A stretch of DNA of 61,622 nucleotides, the filler included, from Diploschistes diacapsis (lineage: Eukaryota), in NCBI GenBank assembly GCA_023645945.1. It is 7 parts of 7 records of this genome, joined end to end, with 100 filler letters (N's around TTAATTAATTAA, not from the genome) between each part and the next. Parts side by side here need not be neighbours in the genome. Positions count along the whole stretch, not along the records: positions 11,198 to 39,274 come from JALAIB010000154.1; positions 39,375 to 44,863 come from JALAIB010001540.1; positions 44,964 to 50,450 come from JALAIB010001541.1; positions 50,551 to 56,037 come from JALAIB010001542.1; 3 more parts are not named here. The stretch is one strand, 5' to 3'. Positions 37,349 through 50,680 of the stretch are shown piece after piece (position 1 is the first letter of the stretch; each line of letters begins with the position of its first letter). Under the pieces are notes generated by a model. It was not told the origin of the DNA, did not search any database, and saw only the letters and a program-made list of their open reading frames with translations. Made by a program: the position numbers and the translations under genes.

Positions 37349-38079
37349 CTCGAAAATGATTCGAGCTGCAGATGACTGAATTGAGATATTTTAGTAATAC
37401 CAAAGGCGAAATATTCAAAGTATCAACCCAAAAAACGGGAAACAATGCTTGAATGAAAAAGTTAAATCCATACGAAAGAGACGATGGAAATGGCAGATTC
37501 TTATACAGATTTATCAACGAGTACAGAATAATGTGCAGTCCATCTCGGAAAAGTGGGGAGCGTACCAGCAGGATGAGCAGACCACTCGAGAGATTCGGGA
37601 AGTGTGGATGGACATTGTTTCTAGGACTAGAAGCAACAGACCCTTGTTATGCTGTTATCCGTGGGGAACTTGGTCTGTCAGCTTGCAAGTCGCTTCGGGA
37701 AAAGCGTACGATGTTGTATGTTGGGATGGCATACAGTATACGCATTGAAAGATACTTTAACATATGCAGCGTGGGCAACTAACTGTTAGTCAGACTAGAT
37801 TTATATGGTCTAGGAATGGATGCCATTGCCATTGGCTGTGCATCAAGTGCTTATGTGCTAACAGTTGGATATGAAGGGGGGTTTGACGCTTCTACTTTTT
37901 CTATGAAATGTCCTTGCACGATCCACACCCACGTGCGGCATCTTTAATGAACGGGCACCAATCGGCCTGCGAGCAATCCGATGCTGCTGCTCTGCCCGTC
38001 TCCGGTCCATTCTTGGGTTCATAAATTGCGGACGCGTGTCGCCTGATATCATGTATCGGCCTTCCAAGTTCCGAAGCGA

Positions 38080-39274
38080 TAATAAAAGTAAATTAGGAAT
38101 AATGTTTAAAAATCTGGGTAGGTCAATGGGGGTTGCACCCCCATACCCCTGCTAATGTAGTTTAATTAATATTTAAATGAATCAATGATGGCGGCATGGT
38201 CGAATAATTAAAACGACTGCTATTCAACGAACAAGATATTCGGTCGAAAGCTACGGATCAAAAGTAACGGATAAAAGGCTATAAATAAAAAGCTGTGAAT
38301 AAAAGGCTACAAAAAAAGCTGCGGATGAAAAGTTACTGGCATAAATCCATAGATTATTAAAATCTTGATTACTAATTAATTGAAGCAAAAATCTATTTAT
38401 ATATAATAATATTAAGCATCGTGACGCTATAGCAGTGAGGTCGGTATTAGGCTGGCCGCCACGGACACGGACATTGCAGATGTCCGTGTTACGGATAACG
38501 TGATATTAATATCTGTGCCGAGATTTTTTAACCACGGTACCTGTAACAGCGTGTTATGATCTCTATCTCTAAAAGGTAGACACGAGGTATTGATTAAGGT
38601 AGGTTTGTTCTCGTATAGAAGAGGAGTGGAGGCAGGAAGAAGAAGTAAGTTAATTATAGATCTTAAACTGACTTTTAAAAGAAGGTTTTAAATGATAGAA
38701 ACAACGAATATAAATTAATCTCGAATAATAATTAGAAATATTTGTTTGGCAACGTAATGGATATATTGAAGTCTAGAGGTCTTGTCTATTAAGATATCCT
38801 ACTGCGCAGACTTTTATATCCTACGGGATCCGCTAAACCTTACTATTAATACTACTCCCGATCGGTCTAGTTAGAATTCCAGGAAATTTAACTAAACTGA
38901 ATCTCGGAATTCAGCTGAACTAAACCTTCTTTAAAATTTAGTCGAACTTTTAACCATGCCTTTTATCTGTTTACTTAACATTTTTCTATAGGCGGATTAT
39001 TCGGTATATCTATACAGTTTAATTAAATACCTTTTAAATGAAACCGAGTTTTTTAATAAAGGCGTCGTGTTTCGAGTAGTTTAATAACTTCGTAAACCCG
39101 TCAGTAATTATTTTATTAATAAAAACATAAGATACCTTAACACGTCTTTATTTAATAAGATCTCGTACGTGGTAATAAGTAATATTTATATGTTTTAAAC
39201 GGTGGTTAATTTTTACGTGTTTTATTAGGTCTAAAAAACCAATATTATTATTAAATAAATTAATAGTATATAAA
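38080..39274. mobile_element. Nested AT-rich RIP-like degraded repeat remnants
   Basis: Sharp AT rise, 14-bp tandem array (38246-38336), TAGGCTGGCCG terminus (38448), TGTAACA LTR-like start (about 38522). Confidence 0.6.
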
Positions 39275-39374
39275 NNNNNNNNNNNNNNNNNNNNNNNNNN
39301 NNNNNNNNNNNNNNNNNNTTAATTAATTAANNNNNNNNNNNNNNNNNNNNNNNNNNNNNNNNNNNNNNNNNNNN
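39275..39374. other. Artificial contig spacer
   Basis: N44-TTAATTAATTAA-N44. Confidence 0.98.
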
Positions 39375-40250
39375 TCTGTAAGTGACATGCATTTGTATAG
39401 AAATTATACAGAGATCTAAGTACCTGGCAGAGCCACAGCGAACTAGGCAGAATACATCATTAACTAGATAGAATGCATCACTAGGGCGCCACCAAATATA
39501 TTACACAATTTTACACTAGGCAGAATAAGACAAGCCCTTACCTACACAGATAAGGAAGCGTGAACAGGGCGATTTTTGCCAAAAGTATCATGATGTCTAA
39601 TAGGAATAAATACACACACTATCAGGTATTATCAACTTCCTCACTTTGGTCATCATACGAACATGGCTTTTACAACACTCAGGATTCTGCCTTCGTGGGT
39701 ATCAGTCAGTATCACGATGTGCGATGCTCTGCAACGGCTGTCAGTGTTGCATATACCTATACCTGTATACTAACGTATTGCTTAGAAGATACGGCACGTA
39801 ATGGCTTCATTTTCAATCTCAGAAGTTTCAACAGAAAAGATTAGCAGCACATCAGCTGGCGAAGGCAGATTCCATGAAGAATCTTCAAATTACTGGAAAC
39901 GTGAACTGGACACCGGGTTGCTTTCAATAGACGCGCTGGCATGCGGTGATGGTCAGGTGGCTGCAGTTACGTCACCCTGTGCTTTGAGCTTCTATCAACA
40001 ACTTGAAGGCGTATCAAGTGTCCTGTTACCAAGTCCGGCAATGCATTGATGTCTTTGGACAAGGCCAATATAGCATGCGAATTTCGAAGATGACCATCAT
40101 GGGATCAACAACAGCCAGGCCTATTTGCCAGTCACGGCGACCTCGCTTTCCCTAGATGCACGCTTGATATGACTTGCTCACGCTTTGTCTTCCGCTATCA
40201 CGCTGTTTGTTCTTGATGTACATAATGTCTTCACCTGCTAGACAGCCACC

Positions 40251-41039
40251 ATGATTGCTCGTACAGAACCCAAGCTTCTCATGGTGGCCGACATGGGTCG
40301 AGGCTGTCCGTCGATCATACATCGCCCGCCGACAGCACCCCCGCCATTTCGACTACTTGACCTCCCGGCGGAACTTCAGAACCGAATCGTGAATTACTTC
40401 ATTGTATCCGAGAGCCCCATCACTATACATGAACCTCGTTTCAATCGACACCCTCCTTCGCATCCCCGACCGCTTTCCCGTCCTCGATATGACCGGCCAG
40501 TCCCACCGACCCCGCCTCTTTCTCGATCGCCTTCCCAAGGACATGAAGGTCTGGGTCATACACGCCTTGCACTGATGCTCACATGTAGAAGACTATACCG
40601 TGAGCATTGGAAGACGTACTACGGCGACAATATCTTTGATTTCAACCTGGACGTCTTCAGGCGGTTTTCAAAAGAGATACCAGCGCGCTGTCGGTCACAG
40701 ATTCGAAGAGTCGAGTTTCGAATGCCACACAGACAACATCATGAGCAGGTCTGGAGAATGTTAGGCAGCATGCGTGGACTAGAAGAGCTGGAACTGCGGA
40801 TGAAAAAGCCGATCGTCACGGACGAAACGGTTGAAGACTGTTGCATTAGAGGAATTGCAAGGTGCGGAAAGCTAGGATCGATCAGGCTGAGACGAGATAG
40901 GGGCACAGATGATGAGGATCCAGACCAAGAGCTTCTAGCAAGAGATAGGGCGCTTGAAGATAGGGTAAATGTGATGTTGAAGACAAGGACAGGGAGCAAG
41001 CGATTGCGAGGGAGGGACGAACGAACGAACGAACGATAA
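40251..41039 (+). CDS. F-box-like fungal hypothetical protein
   Basis: 262-aa intronless ORF with PFRLLDLPAELQNRIV...LMLTCRRLYRE...YYGDNIFDF, the pattern of fungal F-box-like families. Confidence 0.75.
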   Translation: MIARTEPKLLMVADMGRGCPSIIHRPPTAPPPFRLLDLPAELQNRIVNYFIVSESPITIHEPRFNRHPPSHPRPLSRPRYDRPVPPTPPLSRSPSQGHEGLGHTRLALMLTCRRLYREHWKTYYGDNIFDFNLDVFRRFSKEIPARCRSQIRRVEFRMPHRQHHEQVWRMLGSMRGLEELELRMKKPIVTDETVEDCCIRGIARCGKLGSIRLRRDRGTDDEDPDQELLARDRALEDRVNVMLKTRTGSKRLRGRDERTNER

Positions 41040-41837
41040 GGCAGAACAGCAGCGATCTATTTCCTTGTAGAAAGTCGACAGATCGAGAAGTATTGACTCG
41101 ACAAATCAGTATGGATAACTGGTCGATGATTCCCAAAGCGCTGGAGATTGCAGCGGTTTGCACTCGTAAGCGAAAAAGGTTCAGCCAGGCATTCCTTTTA
41201 AGAGGGTATTGATTAGTTGCATAGGTCAGTCTAAGAGATTGCTACCATTTAACTTCCTTAGATCCTAAGACGTTGAGTGTGACGGTTGATACTTGTAAAC
41301 GCCCGATATTCTTGTTTTCGCTCCCCCGTAATGGGCCGGAAACGCTCTGACCAGGAACCTGGAGCATCCCCCACACTTCTTCTCTCCATCGAATCTTATC
41401 GTCTTCCCATTCCCATTCCCATTCTCATTCTCATTCCTTTGAACAACTTCACTGAGTCGTCCACTTACTCCGTATTGTGCATCTGGTTCGTCCTGTAACC
41501 CTTGCCGCTGTTGTTCTTCTGTACGGCGACAGATATCCTTTTCCCCACAGCGTCGGTATCTGTGCTCTCGGCCGCTCGGTGCAAGCGGGGCGGATCCTCG
41601 AGGCGTTTTCTGACCGTTTTCGGTCCTCAACCGAGGATTGAATGCACTGCATCACCCTTCCTGCGTTACCTCCAAGCTCATGCCTCCGATGAGATCACTC
41701 TATTCTACTTAAATCTATTCCAGGGGAAGGCTACTCTCGTCATCCTTCGACTGCGAAGCAAGGTCTAGAGTCTTACCTGCGCCCTTCAGCGTTCGCATAG
41801 GTTGAAAGACAGTCATTTTGCGATTGCCCTGGCCATT

Positions 41838-43496
41838 ATGGGGTCCCCTTCGTCTTCCCCAGCACCCCTCCTTAGACCTCCTATCCCGGGCCAAAATCGC
41901 TCGAACAGCGGCATCAGAACCCCTAGGCTCGGGCTGTCCATTCCACCTTCCCCGAGCCAGAAGCCTCTCAATGGATCAGGAGCAGTTCCGGACTTACCTT
42001 TGCTTCAACGACCGTCTTCACGACCAGCAGCTCCTCAGCTCAGACTAGCTACTCCATCCGGTAGTAAATCTACGCCTTCTAATATCATACCAAGCGCTAG
42101 ACCTTCAGCACTTCAGCTCGGAGGTGCCTCGGGTGACGAAAGCAGTGCGCATTCGAGAAATGGCAGCTTCGGCATGCATGATGGGCGGGCGAGTGGCCCC
42201 AGCTCCGCTTCCTCGGCCTCACACTCTGCGCTTTCATTCGCCAATGGAACGCGACAGCCTGGGAGTACTCCTGACCCCGCTTCAGCGATAAGTTCGGTGT
42301 ACTCTCACGAAGGGGACAAAGATCCGAATCAACATGCACTGCCAGATCTGGAGAAGCTGAGCTTAGAGAAAGGAAGGGAGGTGGACGTGGAAGACCTTGA
42401 CGACGAAGGGTGGATGGCGGCAAGCAAGGCAGGAAGAATAGAGGAGCTCGGTACACTTGGCGAGGGCGCCGGAGGTGCGGTCACCAAGTGCAAGCTCAAG
42501 GGTGGAAAGACGGTCTTCGCCTTGAAGGTAAGTTCTGAAGGGGTTTTGCTGAAACATGACTGATGCGATTCAGATTATTACTGTCGACCCGGACCCTGAC
42601 ATGCAGAAGCAGATAAGAAGAGAACTGAATTTCAACCGTAAGATTGCTGCGGATCATATCTGCAGCTACTACGGAGCGTTTGGCGAATCATCAACTGGCA
42701 TAATTTCAATTGTAATGGAGTATTGCGAAGGGGGCAGTCTGGACAGCGTCTACAAAGAGGTAAAAGAGCTGGGCGGCCGAATAGGAGAGAAAGTCCTTGG
42801 CAAGATAGCCAGCGGCGTTCTAGAAGGCCTTACCTATCTTTATAGCTGCAAGATCATACACAGAGGTACGCCGGGGTCACAGTCCTCCAAGGCTCGCTAA
42901 GCTAACCTTTTGCGACAGATATCAAACCGTCCAATATCCTCCTATGCCGCGATGGCCAAGTGAAGCTCTGCGACTTTGGCGTGAGCGGCGAGTTTGGCAC
43001 TCGCGAGGACGCAGACACCTTTATTGGCACCTCCTATTATATGGCACCAGAGCGAATCACCGGCCAGTCATACACCATCAACTCAGATGTCTGGTCGCTG
43101 GGTGTCACACTGTTAGAGGTCGCACAGCACCGCTTCCCTTTTCCTGCCGATGGTACGGACGACACGCCCAAGGCGGGCCTGATAGACATCATCCAGTACA
43201 TTGTCGGCCAGCCACTGCCGAAGTTGAAGGATGAGCCTGCCAAAGGCACGGAGCCGGCAATCACATGGAGCGACAACTTCAAGTATTTCATCGAGTCCTG
43301 GTAAGTCTCCCTGATAAACCTCAAAAGACCGGGCTTGCAAAACATCGTGTACTAAAACATTTTGCTCCATAGTCTAGAAAAAGATCCTATCAGGAGAGCC
43401 ACACCATGGCGGATCCTGGAGCATCCCTGGATGGTGGACATGAAGGGCAAGAAGGTTAATATGGAAAAGTTCCTCCGGCAGGTCTGGAATTGGTAG
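41838..43496 (+). CDS. MKK1: MAP kinase kinase of the cell-wall-integrity pathway (Mkk1/2)
   Basis: [44 protein letters not shown]...[21 protein letters not shown]. Confidence 0.94.
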
Positions 43497-44282
43497 GGGT
43501 TTTGGCACGGATCATCTCGACATTTCATGGAATGTTCAAGCGTTCGGGCGTAATGCATTTTCGAGAGCCTGACAGACATTTTCGGGGGATTTTTCAGGCA
43601 GTTTCTTGATGGGTAGGGCTCTGCTAGAGAGCCTCAGCAGGCATTCGAACCACATTGACGGCACAACTAATTAATGAGAGCGGAGAATAACACCTAATGC
43701 GCTTCTTTTGAAGCAGTGCTCGGATCTATGAAACTTTCAGACACCCCACATATTGCATACGGCCGAGAACTGTTGCGCCGGACAATTTCTCCTATAGCTC
43801 ATGTGTTTCTTCTGCACCCGGGTCCAACTACACATTCCTGCTGCCCCGTCTTTACTGCTATGAGAGCTAACCCGCCCGAATGACGGTCGGCCTTTGACAT
43901 GGACACAAAGAGGCAAGGGGCATCAAGGAAGAAGAACTGGCCTCGGTCGCGGAAACAGGCAAGAGAAACTTTCACTATCTTGGAGTGAAGACTACCGCAA
44001 ATCGCTGGAAGCAAATGCCGTACTCCCCTACTCCCCTACCACTGCCACCTCCTCCCAACTCTCGGTTGAAGTCTTGTACAGGTTAGAAAGATTGGGTGAA
44101 GGAAGGTACGGCAGACAGACGGTTGATATTAAGGAGCGAATGGTTTGAAGGCTATAGAAGCTGTATAATCGGAGAAAAATAGAAGTTGAGGAAACCGAAG
44201 TTGAGGAAACCGAAGTTCGACTGCATCATCAGGAATCTGCAAACTCTACAATCCTTTGATCTCTGAACAACTTGCAGCGACG

Positions 44283-44863
44283 ATGGGAGATATCACAGCG
44301 GTTGCATTTTATATTGATGGCAAAACGGTCGGAAGCCAGACAACGTTTCCTGTTGTCTCGGCAATGTCAGGCGAGCCGATCCATCATGCTTAAAGCGCCT
44401 CTGTTGATGATGCCCCTATCCCCCGCCGCAGCCGGCGGCCGGGCCTTTTAAAACTTGGAAGCGTACTTCCGTTCCCAACCGGCAGCAGCTAATCCTCAAG
44501 GTTGCTCAGATCTTCCAGCGAGATACCGAAGACTTTGTGCGGCTACAGTTTCTGGAGACAAGCGCGGGGGTAGTCACAAGATCCTAGAAACTTTCGAGGC
44601 TGGACTGCCGGCGGGAGTACTGAACAGCATCCAGGTCCAGAAAGAAGACGCCGCGAATGTCGCCGAGGCGCTCATTGCCGACTGGAATATTAGGAAGGTT
44701 GAATTCATTGGGAGCGCCACCATGGGAAGGATCGTTGGCGCCACAGCTGCGAAGTATTTGAAGCCAGTACGCATGGAGCTTAGTGAGAAGTGCCCAGCTG
44801 TGGTGCTGGACGATGCGGACTTGGAGCAAGCAGCAGACTTGTGTGCCAAAGGCGTTATGAAAC
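44283..44863 (+). pseudogene. Aldehyde dehydrogenase (salicylaldehyde-DH-like), 5' half
   Basis: TFPVVS...HA* stop, frameshifts and an internal deletion; EAGLPAGVLN, VEFIGSATMG, MELSEKCP (canonical ELGGK). Confidence 0.82.
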
Positions 44864-44963
44864 NNNNNNNNNNNNNNNNNNNNNNNNNNNNNNNNNNNNN
44901 NNNNNNNTTAATTAATTAANNNNNNNNNNNNNNNNNNNNNNNNNNNNNNNNNNNNNNNNNNNN
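44864..44963. other. Artificial contig spacer
   Basis: N44-TTAATTAATTAA-N44. Confidence 0.98.
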
Positions 44964-45317
44964 CCCCCCAACTAAACCCCCAACTCGCCCTAATTAATTT
45001 CCACTTGAACTTGAACTTGAACTTGAACCTGAACCTGACCACTCGGGCTCGACTCGACTCGCCAGAGCGCAACTCGACCTCCAGTCTCCACCAACAACTT
45101 GTTGAACAGAGCTCCTCCCCTCCTTATTTGCGACCTACCGTTACCTTACCAAACTCTTACTGTTGTTGCCTTTTGTTGTCCACTTCACCCCACAGCCACA
45201 GCCACAGCCACAGCCATAGCCTGCAAGCTTGTTTTTCGCTGCTGAGTTCGACCTTGTCAGCGTCGGGCTGTAGTACCGTCAGCTGGAAGCAAATCTGGAT
45301 CAACTCTCCTTCCGCCC

Positions 45318-48300
45318 ATGGCAACTACTTTTCCTTCCACGAAGCTGTTTCTGAAGACTGCAAGATTCGGAAGTCGCCACCGGAAGAAGAAAAGCACTGA
45401 GTCGTCAGAGGGCATATCTCCCGTGGACAGAAGGCCGTCTGCTGCTTCTGCATGGAGTAGAGCGGAAGAGTACGGGAACAACGCCGACGTCGACTGGGCC
45501 GTATCGTCGCCGGATCACACGGGTTCGGTTCGAAAATTCAACTCCGAAGGAAATATGAGGGAAACTATCGGACTGCCATCGCGATTCCAAGGGCTTCCGC
45601 CTTCGTTAAAGTTGGACTCTTGTAGTTTTATGGAGGAGGACGATGAGCTCCAGGCACTGCAGATTATAACCAGGGGGGCGAATGCTATAAACAATAACAA
45701 CAACAGCAGCCACTGGAGACAATCGGCAGCAGACTTGCAATCTGCAGAAGTGGGGGAATTGGACCATGTCTTTGAGATGGAAGTCCCGATTCATATTGTC
45801 AGGGACAAACGACCTGACCTTCAAGTCTCGATACCGGAAGTAAACATACCTCATCCAAAGAGTTCAAGGCCGATGAACTCGGCTGCCACGGCACCAACGC
45901 CACAGAGTGCTATCTCGACAGCGTCCAGCATGAAATCCCCACGTCCTCTTAAATCCGGAACAACGACCGGCACGCCACTTTCGATCGCGTCTGCTCTGTC
46001 CGTAGTCGAAATGCCAAAGCCGCAGCGTCCGTTTTCTACCGAATCGATCGAAGGGATGGCAAAGGAAGGGAAGGCGTCTGTGCCGGACGCTGGCAAGCTC
46101 ATGTCGACGAACAACGCTGCCGACTACGAGAAAAGGTCGAGGGGTCGAGGCGGACGCTCTCCGGCCACCGCCTTTGAATCCGCGTCCGAAGTAGCCGTCC
46201 AAGAGACAGCTTACACGATGCAGCCTACATTGGTCGATGCAACGGCTCTCCGGGCCGAATCAATAGAATTGTATCATGCGGCCTTGGTCTCCACGCCCTC
46301 TACAAAGGTGCGAAAGGGCTCGGCATCATCACATCACACTCCTGCCCCAATGCGGTACATGCGCCGACAGGCCAGCTCGACCTCCCTAGCCACCACCAGC
46401 ACAATCAACATCAACAAGCCTCTCCCCCCAGAACCCGGTCGTCCGGCCGCTTCTCCTCTGAAGCACATCGCTTACGCCTCGGACTATGCGCGCTCAGGAT
46501 CGGATTCTCAGGCGCCTTCAAGATCGAACTCCACCTCCACGCCACAGAAACGGTCGAACCAACTGGGTAGGGCAGACGCTACCTCGCCCACATGTCTCAA
46601 GGCCGCGAACGTCTCGCGCAAGAGCTCTCGCACGTCTCTGCGATCAAAATTCACACCGAAAGACCTCGATGCCATGGACGACGCATTCCAACGCAGACCC
46701 AGCTTCACCAACCATGAGCCTCAGCCGCTCGTGTACTCGAACCGTTCGACGCCGTCCCAGAGCCAAGTCTCGTTGGTCCTCGATCCGAAGCAGCTTCTTC
46801 ACACCATTGCCGAAAACTCTCCACGCGCCTCGGACGCCAGTTCTATGCGGAACGAACCGCTCCAGATCAGTCGAGGTCCGATGCGAATGGAGCCCACGAG
46901 ACGTCCGCCGCAGCCTCCGCAAGCTCCACAACGGGTCCACACCATCGCGGTCGAGAGGATCGGTCGCGGCAAAAGGCCACCGGGCGTTGACCGAACCGCC
47001 ACCGGTCATCAGCGGAGGCCGCAGGTCAGGCTCGAAGAGCCACCGCAGCGGACCCCTCCGGCGATTGATTCAATGAGCAAGGCAGAACGGATCTTGGGGG
47101 AGGCTGGTTTGCCCGCATCTTCCGCTCGGCCTGACCTGCGGCCATCTTTTGAGTTCACATGGAACCCCAGCGGATCGACAAAAGATTATATGACTACCGA
47201 AAGCCCTGCCTCCCAGAGCGATGAAGACGAAGTGTCGGAGCTTGACGCGCGACGCGATACCCAGGAGATGGAAATTCGGGGACGTCTGGCTTTGCTGAGC
47301 GCCAAGGACGATCCCTCCACAGTTTTCGAGGCCTTCCACAAGGACAATGTCAATGCTCCCGCGGAAAAGCGCCACGAGAAAGTTATTGGGCGGTTTGAAG
47401 AGAAGCCCACCATCGAAGAGAAATTGCATCTGACGGGTTCCTTGAGAAACGAGGTCAACGTACCGACGCACATCGCCGAGCTCGAGGCCGCCAACAGGAC
47501 GCCATCGCCGGCCGAGCTTGAAGGCTCGTTCCTGCCGCCCATGGATGAGCTGGCCGAACTCGGCCCGTCAAGTTCGGTGACGTCGGGCGCGATAGCCATC
47601 CCTCCTGAACCGGCAGAGGTTCCTCAGCGCCGTGGTCGCTTCGCCAGCACGAACCCGCACTCCACGGCCTCGGGAAACCCGCGTTCGCGCCATTCCCAAA
47701 GATCCGTGAGGGTTCGCTCGTTTGCTTCCTTGGCTGCGTCTGACATACCGGATATCTATGCGTCGCTACCGACGCCCTCCGATGGTTCGGTGCGACCGTC
47801 CATGTCGGGCGAGGAGGTCGATGAGCTGGTCACCGCCGATGCCGCCGAGCGCGTTTTGCTGCACATACTGCAAAGCTTGGACGGTCTCGAAGACCTTTTC
47901 GCAGCATCCATGGTAAGCAAGGGATTCTACAAAACGTTCAAACGGCACGAACTCTATTTACTGAAGCGTGCAATATGGCGCATGTCCCCTGCGGCATGGG
48001 AGCTGCGAGAAGTGAGCATCCCGTACTCGGAGCTGCCGCCGGGTGCCGCCGGCTACACTCCGCATCTGTACTTCCGTCATTATGTTCAGGACCTGTTGAC
48101 AATGGTGGAGTTGAAGGCCATGATATTGGAAAGCTGTAAATCTTTCCTGCGACAAGACACAATACAGGGGTTGGCGGGAGAGACGGAAAGATCCCCCATG
48201 ATCGATGAAGCATTCTGGCGCGTATGGACGTTTTGCCGTATCTTCGGTTGCGGGAACAGCCGAGAGGACGACATCGTTGGCCAGATGGACTGGCTGAAAG

Positions 48301-49756
48301 GAGGCATGCTCGCAAAACAGAGCTCCGACACGAGGACATTGGCCTTGACCGATGAGTTGGCACGCAACAGCGTCCTCTTCAATCCTCCCTCGGGTTTCGC
48401 ACGTGGAAACGGCAAGGGCTTGGGTTCCGGAGAACTTTTCGACATGTACGAGATCTGGACGTGCCTGGGTGTTTTGGTTCGCGGATACCACGGCAAGAGA
48501 CAGGAAGCTCGTGAGTACGGGGTGTACGATAGCTGTGACGTTTCTGCCGGCGATACGGCCAGGGAGAACGTCTTTCTCGGTAGGCTCCCGAATGTTCCCG
48601 TTGTTGTGTACGCGACCGCTGACGAAGAATAGAGGAATGGACTCACCACCTTCTTACCCTTGCACCCTCGACGGTCCTCGATGTCACGTCCCCCGCAACT
48701 CCAACCCGAACACAGTTCGCCCAAGCCCGGTCCCAAGGCTACACGTCTTGGGCTCCACCGAAACAAGGAGCATCTCGTTCAACATTCCTCAAAGAAGCCG
48801 TTTCCCGTGTCTATGAAGAGAAGCTGGCCCTGGAGCGATCCTCGCCCTATTCCTCTCCAAAGCTCTCCTCGAACCTTCCCAAGGCCGCAAGTCCATCGAT
48901 CGGAGCCGAGGCCGCTCTGGCTTCCCGCGAGAGGATTGCCCGTCACGCCGCCGAAATTCGGAAAAAGAAGGAAGACCCGAACTTTAAAGACGTGCCAGTT
49001 TCCGACGACCGGCCGCTCAGTAATTACTCGGATGTGCTGGACCGCCTCGAAGCCATCAGCACAGCCACCGGAGACGCTCCTCCGATGCCAAAGCTACCTG
49101 GCCTTGCCGCCCGGCTTTCACGCCACAAATCAAAAGGCAATTCTTCGCTTGCCGAAAGCACAACCGTGAAACCTGAATCGCCCGCCCCTGGCATCTCGTC
49201 CTTTGTTGCGTCCTCCTCGCCGCCTGTTTGCGCGACCGTCGTTCCTCCGTCCACGCTGGATCTGCCCCCAAGCCCAAGTCCTTTTGGCGTGCCTGCGGCA
49301 AGGTCAGCGACCACGGCGGAAGCAACTCGCAAAGAAAAGGCAAAGGCGTCCAAACCGCTCGTCGGCGCAAACTCACCGGCACGTCACGGGGCTGGCCGCT
49401 TCTCGTCCCTTCGTGGGCACATCACCCCCAAGCGCCTGGAGAAGAAGAGCTTGGAGAAGAAAAGTAAGCTGCAGACGTCGGTTCCATCCTCTCCCGCCCA
49501 GGCCCCGGACGAAAAATTCCCCGTTCATGCCGATACCATTCCCAACGGCCTCGTTCCGTCTGGCCCACAAGTCCGTGATCCTGTCGACCTGGCTGTGGAG
49601 AAGCTCGTCGGGATGGGCTTCCAAGAGAGCAGGGCGAAGAAGGCTCTCGCGCAGACGGAAAGCGGAAACGGCATCAACTTTGAAAGTGCGCTGCAGAGGC
49701 TTAAGAAGGAGAAGGAGAGGATGCTGAGGCTTGAAAGGCTGCAGACCATGGGGTGA
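45318..49756 (+). CDS. Large F-box-like / C-terminal UBA-domain protein
   Basis: 1104-codon ORF plus one intron (about 48580-48632). AERVLLHILQSLDGLEDLFAASMVSKGFY is F-box-like; AVEKLVGMGFQESRAKKAL is UBA-like (MGF loop). Confidence 0.82.
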
Positions 49757-50450
49757 CTGCGTTCGATCCACAGCGGCATGATCATGTGAAGTGTCCCCAT
49801 ATACTTTCATTCGCGCCAAGTACGGCAGCTGGCGAAGAATGTTGTTCGCGATGCTACGAATCTTTACGCTTTCTTCTCGTCTATCGGATCTTGAGCAGCT
49901 TGTGGGCTTAAGAGCAGGGCCAAAGAAGGAGACGGCTCATGCTATCCAGCATATACCGGTCGATCGCCGCCCGTCTACCGCAGGTTCTATCGATATCCGC
50001 TGTTCCATGCACCGAGCCAGGGAGCTATTGCAGGGCCCCCCATACGTGGCCGGGTTCTCTTCGGGAAAGCCCGTGGGAACGACATTGGCCGCCGGCTGAA
50101 GCTTGGGTGCGAGCCAAAAAGAACCATTGAACACGTGTAGGTGGCATGGCATGGCTCGATGTGTATTTGCTGCCAGTTACAGTTACCGCTTTTGAACGGT
50201 TCCAGTGCACCCTTTTTGATACCCAATGAAACTTTTTTTGTCCGTACGCATGACCTGAAACGTTGTTGCCCGCCCGGAATGCTCCTGATTCTGTACGTTC
50301 CATGCTTCAACTTTCAACTTCATCTTCCTCTTACAGGCGAGATATGGAACAGTCAGCGAGAACAGGGATGCGACGCTGGCACACGGTTTCAAGTGCTGTT
50401 CCAGCCGATTCTAGCAATTTTCTCTCTAGTAAATTCAGTAGCCTACGAAG

Positions 50451-50550
50451 NNNNNNNNNNNNNNNNNNNNNNNNNNNNNNNNNNNNNNNNNNNNTTAATT
50501 AATTAANNNNNNNNNNNNNNNNNNNNNNNNNNNNNNNNNNNNNNNNNNNN
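50451..50550. other. Artificial contig spacer
   Basis: N44-TTAATTAATTAA-N44. Confidence 0.98.
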
Positions 50551-50680
50551 TCACAGTAACGTACAAAGTACACAAGCACAAGGCACACACGAACCTCTGC
50601 AGCCTATTGCCCATCCACCTACTATAATCTGTTGCCATACCTCCTCCTCATGGCTCTTGGTTCATGCAGCATCTCGACCT

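Noticed and set aside
45005..45217. ORF MNLNLNLN...HSHSHS
   Set aside because: Produced by hexamer microsatellites (CTTGAA, CACAGC) upstream of the real gene.
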